Assembly (NCBI GenBank): GCA_002366545.1
Contig: DFBH01000055.1
Location: 1 to 52,229, forward strand
Length of the DNA stretch: 52,229 nucleotides
Direction: 5' to 3'
DNA from: Candidatus Oleimmundimicrobium americanum
GTDB taxonomy: Bacteria; Actinomycetota; Aquicultoria; UBA3085; Oleimmundimicrobiaceae
A program made the position numbers and the translations under genes. Position 1 is the first letter of the stretch, and every line of letters starts with the position of its first letter. Below, piece after piece: positions 32,548 through 41,315 of this stretch. The notes beneath the pieces are model-generated. The model made no database searches and was not told the DNA's origin. It saw nothing but the letters and a program-made list of their open reading frames with translations.

Positions 32548-34710
32548 ATGGCTAATCATAAAAAGAGGGTTTTTACTAAAAACAAAAAACATAAAGAAAG
32601 CTTGGATGACGTTTACGCCGTAGCTTTATTTGCACTTTCCGCCATATTGATCATAAGTCTTTTTGCCGGAGACAGAGGTTTAATAGGCAAATATATTGTA
32701 AGGGTGCTCGAATATTCTGTCGGTGTGGGAAGATACATCATACCCGTTTTTCTTGTGGGCTGGGGGGTATCTTTTTTAATTAAAAAGATTAGGTTAAATG
32801 TCGAATCAACCGGTTTGGGACTTGCCGTTTCTTTTGTCAGCATCATTTCTCTTATCCATTTAAGCGTGCCTTCTTCTAAAGAATTAAGTTCCGAATATAT
32901 TGTTTCTTACGGAGGTTATATAGGCGGAATTTTTGCGTATGTATTGAGAGTTCTTTTGGGGAATGTCGGCTCTTACATCGTTCTTTTTGCGTTGCTTATT
33001 ATCGGAGTTGTAATTTTCACGGGGATTTCGTTGTCGCGCCAATTTTCGGTTTTGGTTAATGGAGTTAAGGCAATTTTTAAACCAAAGCTCAAAGGGAAAA
33101 AAGAGTCTATTTTCGATGAAGAACAAATCACTCGAGGTTTTTCTAAAAAGGAAAAATCTGTTTTTCCCGAGCAGTTAATTCAAGGTAACAAAGAGAATGC
33201 GAGAAAAACAAAGGTGATTCCGGCCGAGACAAATGAATTTGCGTCACAAAAGACAACTGAGCTAAAAATTGAATTACCCAAATTAAAATTAGGAGAATAT
33301 CAATTTCCTCCTCCGTCGCTTCTGAAAAAAACCCTAACAAAAGATTTACATTTGAAAAAAAACATTAAAGAGAACGTGAGAGTGCTTGAGCGGACGTTGG
33401 CCAATTTTGATGTTGATGCCAGGATAAATAAGGTTACAAAAGGGCCAACGGTGACCCTTTACGAGATTCAGCTTGCATCCGGAGTAAAAGTTAACCGGAT
33501 ACTTGGTTTGGCTGACGATATTGCCCTCGCTTTAGCATCCTCAGATATCAGGATACTTGCTCCCATCCCAGGTAAATCGGCAATCGGCATTGAGGTTCCC
33601 AATAAACAAAGGGAACTTGTAACTCTTGGAGATATTTTATCTAATCCCGAAGCTCAAAGGGACGGCATTTTGAAAGTTGCCCTGGGCAAAGACATTTCGG
33701 GAAAACCCGTTATTGCTGATATTGGGGATATGCCTCATCTTTTAATTGCCGGTTCCACGGGGAGCGGCAAGAGTGTTTGTATAAATTCCATCTTGATGTC
33801 TCTTTTAATGAGAGCGCGGCCCGATCAGGTAAAGATGATATTGATAGATCCGAAGAGAATAGAATTAACTTTTTATGACGGTATTCCTCATTTAGTAACT
33901 CCCGTTGTGGTTAATCCCAAAGAGGCCTCTCGCGCTCTTTTGTGGGCGGTAAAAGAGATGGAAAACAGACTCGGTCTTTTAGCTGAAAGTGGAACCAGAA
34001 ACATAGATGGTTACAATGCCTTTTTGAGGAAAAAGGAGATTAAAGACGAGTTTATGCCTTATATTGTCATCGTTATAGACGAATTGGCCGACTTAATGAT
34101 GGTTGCTCCGGGTGAGGTTGAGGGTTCAATATGCCGTTTAGCACAATTAGCCAGGGCGGTTGGAATTCATCTTGTAATTGCTACACAGCGTCCCTCTGTA
34201 AATGTTATAACAGGGCTAATTAAGGCCAACATAACATCAAGAGTTGCTTTTGCCGTTTCATCTCAAATTGATTCAAGGGTTATTTTGGATAGCGCGGGGG
34301 CAGAAAAGTTGGTAGGCAAGGGCGACATGTTATTTATGACTCCTAAGCTGCAAAAACTTAAACGGTTGCAGTGCTCTTTTGTTTCAGAACAAGAGGTGGA
34401 ACTGATTACGGACTTTGTTAAAAAACAGGCGAAACCAAGTTATCAAGGGGAGATTTTAGAAAAGAAAAAGTCTAAATTTTCGTTGGATGACTACGAAGAC
34501 GATCTTTTTGACGATGCAATGGAACTTGTTGTTTCGATCGGTATGGCTTCGGTGTCTATGCTTCAGAGACGTTTGCGAATTGGCTACACTCGAGCTGCGA
34601 GATTAATGGATATTTTAGAGGAAAGAGGAATAGTTGGTCCGTCGGAAGGTAGTAAATCCAGGGCGGTGTTTCTTACCAAAGAGGACTTAGAAAAAATGAG
34701 AAAGGGATGA
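32548..34710 (+). CDS. ftsK: DNA translocase FtsK/SpoIIIE
   Basis: N-terminal TM helices, Walker A (GSTGSGKSV), Walker B (VIDELADL), and the gamma winged-helix (LQRRLRIGYTRAARLMD). Confidence 0.96.
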   Translation: MANHKKRVFTKNKKHKESLDDVYAVALFALSAILIISLFAGDRGLIGKYIVRVLEYSVGVGRYIIPVFLVGWGVSFLIKKIRLNVESTGLGLAVSFVSIISLIHLSVPSSKELSSEYIVSYGGYIGGIFAYVLRVLLGNVGSYIVLFALLIIGVVIFTGISLSRQFSVLVNGVKAIFKPKLKGKKESIFDEEQITRGFSKKEKSVFPEQLIQGNKENARKTKVIPAETNEFASQKTTELKIELPKLKLGEYQFPPPSLLKKTLTKDLHLKKNIKENVRVLERTLANFDVDARINKVTKGPTVTLYEIQLASGVKVNRILGLADDIALALASSDIRILAPIPGKSAIGIEVPNKQRELVTLGDILSNPEAQRDGILKVALGKDISGKPVIADIGDMPHLLIAGSTGSGKSVCINSILMSLLMRARPDQVKMILIDPKRIELTFYDGIPHLVTPVVVNPKEASRALLWAVKEMENRLGLLAESGTRNIDGYNAFLRKKEIKDEFMPYIVIVIDELADLMMVAPGEVEGSICRLAQLARAVGIHLVIATQRPSVNVITGLIKANITSRVAFAVSSQIDSRVILDSAGAEKLVGKGDMLFMTPKLQKLKRLQCSFVSEQEVELITDFVKKQAKPSYQGEILEKKKSKFSLDDYEDDLFDDAMELVVSIGMASVSMLQRRLRIGYTRAARLMDILEERGIVGPSEGSKSRAVFLTKEDLEKMRKG

Positions 34711-34823
34711 GAAAAACAACATCCTTGTTTAGAGCAAAAAGGAATTGATGGTATTTTGGTGAATAATATATAAGTTACAATGTGAAAGAGCAAGGTTTAC
34801 CACCTTTAACTGTGAGGATAAAA

Positions 34824-35585
34824 ATGGATTCGATTGGGGAAATATTTGAAAATAAGCGAAAATCTTTGGGGTTAAGCTTAAAAGAGATAGAAAACGCCAC
34901 AAAAATAAGAACTCGCTATCTTCAGGCAATTGAGGACGATAATTTTGACGTAATTCCGGGTGGCGCTTATGTAAAGGGATTTATTAGAACATATGCTTCT
35001 TTTTTAAAAATAGATAGCGGGCCTCTTATAAAAGAATACGAAGAGGAATACGGAGAACCCCTTCAGTACGAGGAGGAAAAATATATTGATGTACGCGAGA
35101 AAGATGTTTTTAAGCGCCGAAGATTGATTTTATTTTTTTCCGTAGTTGGAGCTATTTTGTTGGTTTTGGCTATTGTCTGGGGGATAAGGGCTTTAAATAA
35201 AAAGACTCAGGCTCCAAAACAGGAGGAAAAAATAGAAGTTCCCCTTGAAGACGTTTTGCCTCCTGAGGAAGAAATGCCTTTAGAAGAGATGGTTCCTCCT
35301 GAGGAGGAGGTATCTACGACCGATACTGCATCCGCATTACCATCGGCGGAAGAAGAGTTTAAAATTGAAGTTACGGCTCTTGATAGAGTTTGGCTGAGGG
35401 TATTTGTAGACGAGGAAAATATTTTTGAGGAAATACTGGAGAAGGACCAGTCAAAAGAGTGGACGGCAAAAGAGTCTGTTAGAATAAAAAGCGGGAACGG
35501 CGAACTGGTAGAAGTAAAGAAAGATGGAAAATTGCTTGGTGAACTTGGGGTTGGCTTGGAGGAAAAGGTATTTACTTTTGAATAA
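34824..35585 (+). CDS. rodZ: RodZ-like cytoskeleton protein (HTH, TM helix, E/P-rich linker, DUF4115-like C-terminus)
   Basis: HTH (LSLKEIENATKIRTRYLQAIE), a single TM helix, and a PPEEE repeat linker. I prefer the ATG at 34824, which follows GAGGA, over the GTG at 34782. Confidence 0.8.
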   Translation: MDSIGEIFENKRKSLGLSLKEIENATKIRTRYLQAIEDDNFDVIPGGAYVKGFIRTYASFLKIDSGPLIKEYEEEYGEPLQYEEEKYIDVREKDVFKRRRLILFFSVVGAILLVLAIVWGIRALNKKTQAPKQEEKIEVPLEDVLPPEEEMPLEEMVPPEEEVSTTDTASALPSAEEEFKIEVTALDRVWLRVFVDEENIFEEILEKDQSKEWTAKESVRIKSGNGELVEVKKDGKLLGELGVGLEEKVFTFE

Positions 35586-35600
35586 TTAGGAGATGGTTTT

Positions 35601-36101
35601 GTGGCAAAAGAAAATTCATTTGATATAGTATCTGAGATTAACATGCAAGAAGTTGACAATGCTGTCAACCAGGCAATCAAAGAGGTTAGGAACAGATATG
35701 ATTTAAAAAACAGCGACACGGAAATCCTTTTAAACAAAGATGAGGGCGAGATAATCATAACTACGGAAAATGATTTTACCCTCAAAAGTGTTTTAGATGT
35801 TTTTAAGTCAAAACTTATAAAAAGGGGAATTTCTTTAAAAGCTTTACAGGCAGGCAAGATTGAGCCGGCGATAGGGGGCAAATCTAAGCAAAAATTCGAC
35901 ATTGTTCAAGGGATATCACAAGATATCGGGAAAGAGATAAATAAAGCTATTAAGGAAAATAAAATTAAGGTTAAAGTGCAAATTGAGGATGTAAAACTGC
36001 GAGTTTTTGGTAAGAGCAGGGATGAACTTCAAGAAGCAATCTCTCTCATAAAATCCAAAGATTTTAAAATCCCCCTTCAATTTACCAATTATAGGCAGTG
36101 A
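35601..36101 (+). CDS. yajQ: YajQ-family (UPF0234) nucleotide-binding protein
   Basis: SFDIVSEINMQEVDNAVNQ N-terminus. 166 aa. Confidence 0.9.
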   Translation: MAKENSFDIVSEINMQEVDNAVNQAIKEVRNRYDLKNSDTEILLNKDEGEIIITTENDFTLKSVLDVFKSKLIKRGISLKALQAGKIEPAIGGKSKQKFDIVQGISQDIGKEINKAIKENKIKVKVQIEDVKLRVFGKSRDELQEAISLIKSKDFKIPLQFTNYRQ

Positions 36102-36108
36102 GAAAAAA

Positions 36109-37431
36109 TTGGATTTAAATGTTGCGGTTATTACTCTTGGATGTCCTAAAAACGAGGCGGATTCGGATTTTATAAAGGGCCATCTTTATTGTTCGGGCTA
36201 TCATTTGGTTTCCCAACCAAAAGAAGCTCAAGTTATAGTTTTAAATACATGTGGGTTTATTGAATCGGCTAAACGGGAGTCAATAGAAACAATCCTTGAA
36301 CTTTCTCGGTATAAAGAGGAGGGGAAATGTCGGGTACTTGCCGTTGTCGGGTGTTTAGCTCAAAGATATTCCGGTGAATTATTTGATGAAATTCCGGAAA
36401 TAGATATACTCCTTGGATTGAGCGATTCATCAAAACTTCCTGAAAAAATTATTGAATCTTTGAATGGCAAACGTATTCTTGAGGTAAATAAACCGTCAAA
36501 TTATTTGAGCAAAAATCTTTCTCGAATTAAACCAAGTTCACCTTCCGCTTATTTAAAGATATCCGATGGTTGTAATGGTTCTTGTTCTTATTGCGCGATA
36601 CCACTTATAAGAGGAAATTATCGCAGTTGTTCTGAAAAATTACTGATTAACGAAGTTAAATTTTTGGTAAAAAATAGCGTCAAGGAAATAGTTCTTGTTG
36701 GTCAAGACACAAGTTATTATGGTAAAGATATCTATGGCGAAAGAAAATTGTCTCAACTCATTTTGAAGCTTTCACAAATAGAAGGACTTAATTGGATAAG
36801 GTTATTGTACGTTCAGCCCGATGGTTTTTCTAAGGATCTATTGACGGTTTTTGCAAGTAATCCCAAGGTATGTAAATACATCGATATTCCTTTTCAGCAT
36901 TCAAGCAAGAAGATATTGCGTTTAATGAAACGAAAAGGCTCCGCTGAAGAATACTTAAGTTTGCTTAAGCAAATGAGGGAATATCTTCCCGATGTTGCCG
37001 TTAGAACTTCTTTGATGGTTGGTTTTCCGGGAGAAACAGATGATGATTTTGAGGAGTTGTTGGCTTTTGTGAAGGCAGCGCGTTTGGATTATTTGGGGGT
37101 TTTTGAGTATTCTGCCGAGGAAGGGACGAAGGCATCAGGTTTACCATTTCAAATTTTAAACGAGGTTAAAAGGGAGCGTTATCATCAATTGGTTGCTTTG
37201 CAGGATTCAATAACCCTTGAAAAAAATAAAAGCTATAAAGGGAAAAAAATGAAGGTGTTGGTTGAATCGCGTGAGGATGGAGGCCTGTTTTTAGGAAGGA
37301 ATCAATATCAGGCTCCGGAAATTGATGGTATAGTTTATCTAAATAAAAAAAATTTAAAGATTGGGGAGTTTGTCTCGGCTAAAATCACCGGTGTTGATGG
37401 GTATGATTTAATTGGAGAGGTTACATGTTAA
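36109..37431 (+). CDS. rimO: Ribosomal protein S12 methylthiotransferase
   Basis: MTTase N-domain, radical SAM CNGSCSYC, and a TRAM C-terminus. Its architecture differs from the miaB paralog at 48912. Confidence 0.9.
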   Translation: MDLNVAVITLGCPKNEADSDFIKGHLYCSGYHLVSQPKEAQVIVLNTCGFIESAKRESIETILELSRYKEEGKCRVLAVVGCLAQRYSGELFDEIPEIDILLGLSDSSKLPEKIIESLNGKRILEVNKPSNYLSKNLSRIKPSSPSAYLKISDGCNGSCSYCAIPLIRGNYRSCSEKLLINEVKFLVKNSVKEIVLVGQDTSYYGKDIYGERKLSQLILKLSQIEGLNWIRLLYVQPDGFSKDLLTVFASNPKVCKYIDIPFQHSSKKILRLMKRKGSAEEYLSLLKQMREYLPDVAVRTSLMVGFPGETDDDFEELLAFVKAARLDYLGVFEYSAEEGTKASGLPFQILNEVKRERYHQLVALQDSITLEKNKSYKGKKMKVLVESREDGGLFLGRNQYQAPEIDGIVYLNKKNLKIGEFVSAKITGVDGYDLIGEVTC

Positions 37432-37970
37432 ATACCGCTAATCGAATTACAATTTTAAGGATTTTATTGATTCCCGCTTTTATGGCCTTTTTGCTTTCCA
37501 ATGTAAAATATGGCGGTTGGATTTCAGTTGGAATATTTATTTTGGCGGCTGCTTCCGACAGTCTGGATGGTTATATTGCCCGCACAAGAGGTTTGGTTAC
37601 TGTTTTCGGAAAATTTTTAGACCCTCTTGCCGATAAGCTCCTAATCTCGGCCGCCTTAATTTCTTTAGTTGATTTAAATCTCTTATCTGCCTGGATAGCC
37701 ATGATTATAATTGCCAGAGAGTTTGCCGTTTCAGGCTTAAGACTTATGGCCATCGCGGAAAACAAGGTTATTGCCGCAAGCGCTTGGGGGAAACTAAAGA
37801 CTCTCAGTCAGGTTATAGCCGTGGTTGCTTGGATTATTCTGCCTCAAACCATATTGGCTTGGGTTTTAATGATTATCGCAATTTTACTTACCGTTATTTC
37901 CGGGATCGACTATTTTGTTAAATCGCTTGATATTTGGATGATACGGGGGAAAGAAACGAGTGAATTGTGA
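37425..37970 (+). CDS. pgsA: CDP-diacylglycerol--glycerol-3-phosphate 3-phosphatidyltransferase
   Basis: DSLDGYIAR...LDPLADK CDP-alcohol phosphatidyltransferase motif. Confidence 0.94.
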   Translation: MLNTANRITILRILLIPAFMAFLLSNVKYGGWISVGIFILAAASDSLDGYIARTRGLVTVFGKFLDPLADKLLISAALISLVDLNLLSAWIAMIIIAREFAVSGLRLMAIAENKVIAASAWGKLKTLSQVIAVVAWIILPQTILAWVLMIIAILLTVISGIDYFVKSLDIWMIRGKETSEL

Positions 37971-39210
37971 GATATTAACGATAGGTTCCGAAATAACATT
38001 GGGATTATCGGTGGATACAAACTCTTGTGTCATATCAAGAGAACTTGGCAAAATTGGCATTGAAATTACGCGCATATCGAGCGTGCCTGATGATATTGAA
38101 TTAATAGCTTCGGCTATCGATGGAGCATTAAATCGAGCTGATTTTTTAACAATTACGGGTGGTTTGGGGCCAACCGTTGATGATTTAACCAGAGAAGCCA
38201 TTGTAAAATTTACCAAAAAAAAGCTTTTATTTGACCCTGATTTAGCTGGCCTAATCAAAAAAAGATATCTGAGTTTCAAAAGTTCAATGCCCGAAGTTGT
38301 TTTAAAACAAGCACATCTTCCCGAAGACACAATTCCAATAATACCGGTTCAAGGGACCGCGTCCGGTTTAATTATTGAAACCGGGGAGAAGGTCATTTTT
38401 GCGTTGCCGGGTGTTCCAAAGGAAATGGAAGAAATGTTACAGAGAGGGGTTGTCCCTTATCTTTTAAAACGTGTCGGTCACGATGAAATTATAAATATAA
38501 GGACACTTAAAATATGCGGTTTAAGTGAAGTTGAAATTCAGGAAAAGATTAAAAAAGTGCTTGAAGAAAAGAAAACGGCCATTGCTCTTATTCCTCATTT
38601 TGGTCAAGTTGACGTGCAAATAATTGCAAAAGGAAACCTCGACCATACCCAAAGAATTTTGCTTGAAACCGAAAATGAAATTCGAAAACAACTCAAAGAT
38701 TATATTTTTGGGGTAAATGAAGAGAATTTGGAAAAAGTCATTGGAGATATTTTAAGAGAACGCAAACTTACGCTGTCCGTTGCGGAATCCTGTACGGGCG
38801 GATTGCTTTCCAATCGCATAACCAATGTCCCCGGAAGTTCAGATTATTTCCAAGGAGGTATTATTTCATATAGCAACAAAATTAAAGAGGCCGTTCTTGG
38901 CGTGCCCGAAGAAATTTTATCTAATTACGGGGCCGTTAGTTCTCAGACAGCTGAAGCCATGGCAAGCGGAGCGGCTCATGTTTGCAACGCGGATGTGTCG
39001 TTGGCAATTACAGGGATAGCGGGTCCGGGCGGTGGAAGCAGAGATAAACCCGTGGGTACCGTCTGCATTGCTTTGTGGAGTAAGGAATTTACTTACTGTA
39101 AGAAGTTTCAGTTTTGCGGCTCAAGGGAAGAAATAAAATGGAAAGCGTCTCAAAAAGCATTGGGAATCGTTTGGAGATTTCTACTTAAAAAACCTATAGG
39201 TAGGGATTAA
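37960..39210 (+). CDS. cinA: Competence/damage-inducible protein CinA (MoCF-like N-domain plus PncC nicotinamide-nucleotide amidase C-domain)
   Basis: Two-domain CinA architecture and the canonical pgsA-cinA-(recA) synteny. Confidence 0.93.
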   Translation: MNCEILTIGSEITLGLSVDTNSCVISRELGKIGIEITRISSVPDDIELIASAIDGALNRADFLTITGGLGPTVDDLTREAIVKFTKKKLLFDPDLAGLIKKRYLSFKSSMPEVVLKQAHLPEDTIPIIPVQGTASGLIIETGEKVIFALPGVPKEMEEMLQRGVVPYLLKRVGHDEIINIRTLKICGLSEVEIQEKIKKVLEEKKTAIALIPHFGQVDVQIIAKGNLDHTQRILLETENEIRKQLKDYIFGVNEENLEKVIGDILRERKLTLSVAESCTGGLLSNRITNVPGSSDYFQGGIISYSNKIKEAVLGVPEEILSNYGAVSSQTAEAMASGAAHVCNADVSLAITGIAGPGGGSRDKPVGTVCIALWSKEFTYCKKFQFCGSREEIKWKASQKALGIVWRFLLKKPIGRD

Positions 39211-39774
39211 ATGTTGAGGTTATTTGTAGCACTGGAGATTCCTGATGAGTTAAAACACGAAATTGCGTTGTTGAGCGGAAAATTAAACGAGGACATCAAA
39301 AACGCTAAATGGGTTCCCGAGAGAAATCTTCATTTAACTTTGAAGTTTCTGGGGCAGTGCGGGGATGAAATGCCGCTTGAGATCGAGTCCCGTCTTAAGG
39401 CTTTGACTAAAAAATTTAACCGTTTTAATTTTAGGTTAAGCGGTTTGGGAGCTTTTCCGTCAATTAAGAGAGCTCGCGTCCTCCATGTTGGCGTGAACGA
39501 GGGCAGGGAAAATATAATTAGTTTGCAGCACTCTATCAAGGAATCTCTTTATCAGGTTGGCTTTGCCAAAGACGAGAGAGAATTTTCTCCCCATATTACG
39601 TTTGCAAGGTTGAAAAATCCCTGTAACGTTGAGAGATTTTTAAAAAAAATGGATACGAGAGGTTTTTCAAAACGTTTTGTAGAAGTTAATAGCGTTAATC
39701 TTTTTAGAAGCCATTTGATGTCAAGCGGACCAATTTATGAGAAAATTTTAGAAATAAAACTAAAAGATGATTGA
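39211..39774 (+). CDS. thpR: RNA 2',3'-cyclic phosphodiesterase (2H family, LigT/ThpR)
   Basis: Two H-x-T-x motifs (HLTLKF, HITFAR). 187 aa. Confidence 0.9.
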   Translation: MLRLFVALEIPDELKHEIALLSGKLNEDIKNAKWVPERNLHLTLKFLGQCGDEMPLEIESRLKALTKKFNRFNFRLSGLGAFPSIKRARVLHVGVNEGRENIISLQHSIKESLYQVGFAKDEREFSPHITFARLKNPCNVERFLKKMDTRGFSKRFVEVNSVNLFRSHLMSSGPIYEKILEIKLKDD

Positions 39775-39799
39775 CATTCGAACCTATGTTCGATAAAAT
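39771..39799 (+). promoter_or_regulatory. SOS promoter: TTGACA, a 17-nt spacer containing a perfect Cheo/LexA box, then TAAAAT
   Basis: TTGACA at 39771-39776 overlaps the thpR stop. CGAACCTATGTTCG at 39779-39792 is an exact CGAAC-N4-GTTCG. TAAAAT at 39794-39799. Confidence 0.85.
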
Positions 39800-39907
39800 T
39801 TGTGGGTAAAGACATATAGGAGGAATTGAAAGTTGCTAAATAATCACCAAAACTTATCAAAATGGTAGACGTGGGGGCAGAAAGAAGTTAAAAGAGGAGT
39901 TAGATAT

Positions 39908-41215
39908 ATGAGAAAAGTTATACATGGTGAAATTTATAGCCCTGATTTTGATAATCTCAATAAATTAGTATCTGATTGGGCTTCTGCCTATAGGTTTTCC
40001 TTCTGTCGATTTCAGAAAGATAAATTAAGTTTCAACGAAGTTAGAAATTGGGCAAAGACAAAATATCCGTCCTTAAATACTCGCCAAATATCTGATGTGG
40101 TCACACAAGCACAAGGATTGTATTCAAGAGTTGAAGATAAAAAAGTAATATTTGGTGGAAGAAAATATTGGGACAAGTTAATAAAGAATGAGATATCTAA
40201 TGATGAGTGGAAATTCAAAAGAGATAACCAAATATATGTCAGAGGAGATAAAACTAAAAAAGGTAACCCAAATATCCGATTGTTAAACAAAAACGGTGGT
40301 TTTTATTTAAGAGTAACTATTGGAAACAGAAAATTCGAGGAGCATAAACTATTTGTCCCTGCTAAGTTTGAGGAACAATTAGTATCTTTATTCGGTTCAG
40401 GTAATCCTTATAATGTTCGTTTGATAAAAAAAGGCTCACAGCATTATAAAATGGTTATTGATTATGAAGTTGAAAATCCTCAAACAGTAATTGATTTTTC
40501 AAATGGAGTTATTGGCGTAGACGTAAACCCTGACAGGGTTGCAATTTCTGATATAAGGAGAGATGGAAATTTAATCAACTCTTTTTCTGTATTGAACAAT
40601 AGGATGTTTTTTGCATCAACGAACAAAAGAGATTATGAAATTGGTTGCATAGTTAAGCAGATTATGCAGTATGCTTTAAATAGAAATAAGGGAATAGTGT
40701 TTGAAAATTTGAAATTTAAGAAAGAATTTGAGAATCAAGGTAGAAGGTTTAATAGGATAAAGAGTAATTTTGTCTGGAAAAAGTTGCTTACATTGCTTGA
40801 GAGGAAATGTATTGAAAATGGTATTCAATATAAGAAAGTCAATCCCGCTTTTACTTCTGTTATAGGAAAATTTAAATATCAAAAAATGTATAATTTATCC
40901 ATCCATGAATCTGCCTCTTATATAATAGGCAGACGCGGATTAGGATTTAATGAGAAATTATCTCTTTATAAATATCCATCAAAATATGTGAAGGAAGTTG
41001 TTTTTGACCTTGCCGGAAATAAAACAAAACGAATTCACAGTTGGGCTTCGTGGAGAAAGTTAAGAGATAATTATAAAAAAGCCGTCCTCACAGGACTTCA
41101 GGGAAGAATGTCAGACCTAAAAGAGTCTGATGACAATCTCTGTTATGTAGGTGAGAACCCTACAGGCGAAGTCCTCTCAAAAGAACTGGTCTTGAGGGGC
41201 ATAAATGGTTACTAA
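39908..41215 (+). CDS. TnpB/Cas12-superfamily (IS200/IS605 OrfB-like) protein lacking the zinc ribbon and with an atypical RuvC-III motif
   Basis: RuvC-I-like VIGVDVNPDR; RuvC-II-like GIVFENLKF; NPAFTSVIG in place of the usual TS-x-x-C zinc-finger entry; IHESASYIIGRRGLG where D-x-D/N-AA-x-N is expected. No CxxC pair occurs anywhere. GAGGAG RBS 8 nt upstream. The gene is visibly more AT-rich than its neighbours. Confidence 0.7.
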   Translation: MRKVIHGEIYSPDFDNLNKLVSDWASAYRFSFCRFQKDKLSFNEVRNWAKTKYPSLNTRQISDVVTQAQGLYSRVEDKKVIFGGRKYWDKLIKNEISNDEWKFKRDNQIYVRGDKTKKGNPNIRLLNKNGGFYLRVTIGNRKFEEHKLFVPAKFEEQLVSLFGSGNPYNVRLIKKGSQHYKMVIDYEVENPQTVIDFSNGVIGVDVNPDRVAISDIRRDGNLINSFSVLNNRMFFASTNKRDYEIGCIVKQIMQYALNRNKGIVFENLKFKKEFENQGRRFNRIKSNFVWKKLLTLLERKCIENGIQYKKVNPAFTSVIGKFKYQKMYNLSIHESASYIIGRRGLGFNEKLSLYKYPSKYVKEVVFDLAGNKTKRIHSWASWRKLRDNYKKAVLTGLQGRMSDLKESDDNLCYVGENPTGEVLSKELVLRGINGY

Positions 41216-41258
41216 ACATCTATAGGAAGAAGAAAGGCTTCCTTCAAAGCTCATTATT

Positions 41259-41288
41259 TGGACCAAGGGTCCATTGTCCTCTGGACAA
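41259..41288 (+). repeat. 30-nt twin-hairpin cassette (TGGACC-aag-GGTCCA followed by TTGTCC-tct-GGACAA) in the TnpB-like/recA spacer
   Basis: Two abutting perfect hairpins, each with a 6-bp stem and 3-nt loop. The architecture is the same as the indel cassette at 43042-43071, and the TTGTCC/GGACAA stem is shared. Confidence 0.8.
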
Positions 41289-41315
41289 TTTGGTGGGTTT
41301 TGTAAACCAGGGGAA

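Noticed and set aside
35207-35902. Long antisense ORFs within housekeeping genes (for example 35207..35902 -, 25495..26010 -, 31240..31722 -, 37884..38330 -, 8872..9333 -)
   Set aside because: They lie fully opposite well-supported conserved genes, lack RBSs and have Ser/Leu/Phe-rich shadow-frame composition.
38825-39019. Same-strand alternative-frame ORFs (38825..39019 in cinA, 18509..18703 across nusA/ylxR, 49759..49947 in miaB, 6524..6727)
   Set aside because: They are embedded in frames of confidently identified genes, and no independent signals support them.
39833-39868. 11-codon TTG uORF after the orphan AGGAGG in the TnpB-like leader
   Set aside because: It is too short and unconserved to call as a gene. 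It is kept only as part of the flank-repeat observation.
41274-41315. N-terminal extension of recA from the TTG at 41274 ([14 protein letters not shown]...)
   Set aside because: The extension overlaps the TTGTCC-tct-GGACAA hairpin and has no RecA-like sequence. The ATG at 41316 gives a canonical RecA N-terminus. The true start remains unverified because the SD is weak for both.
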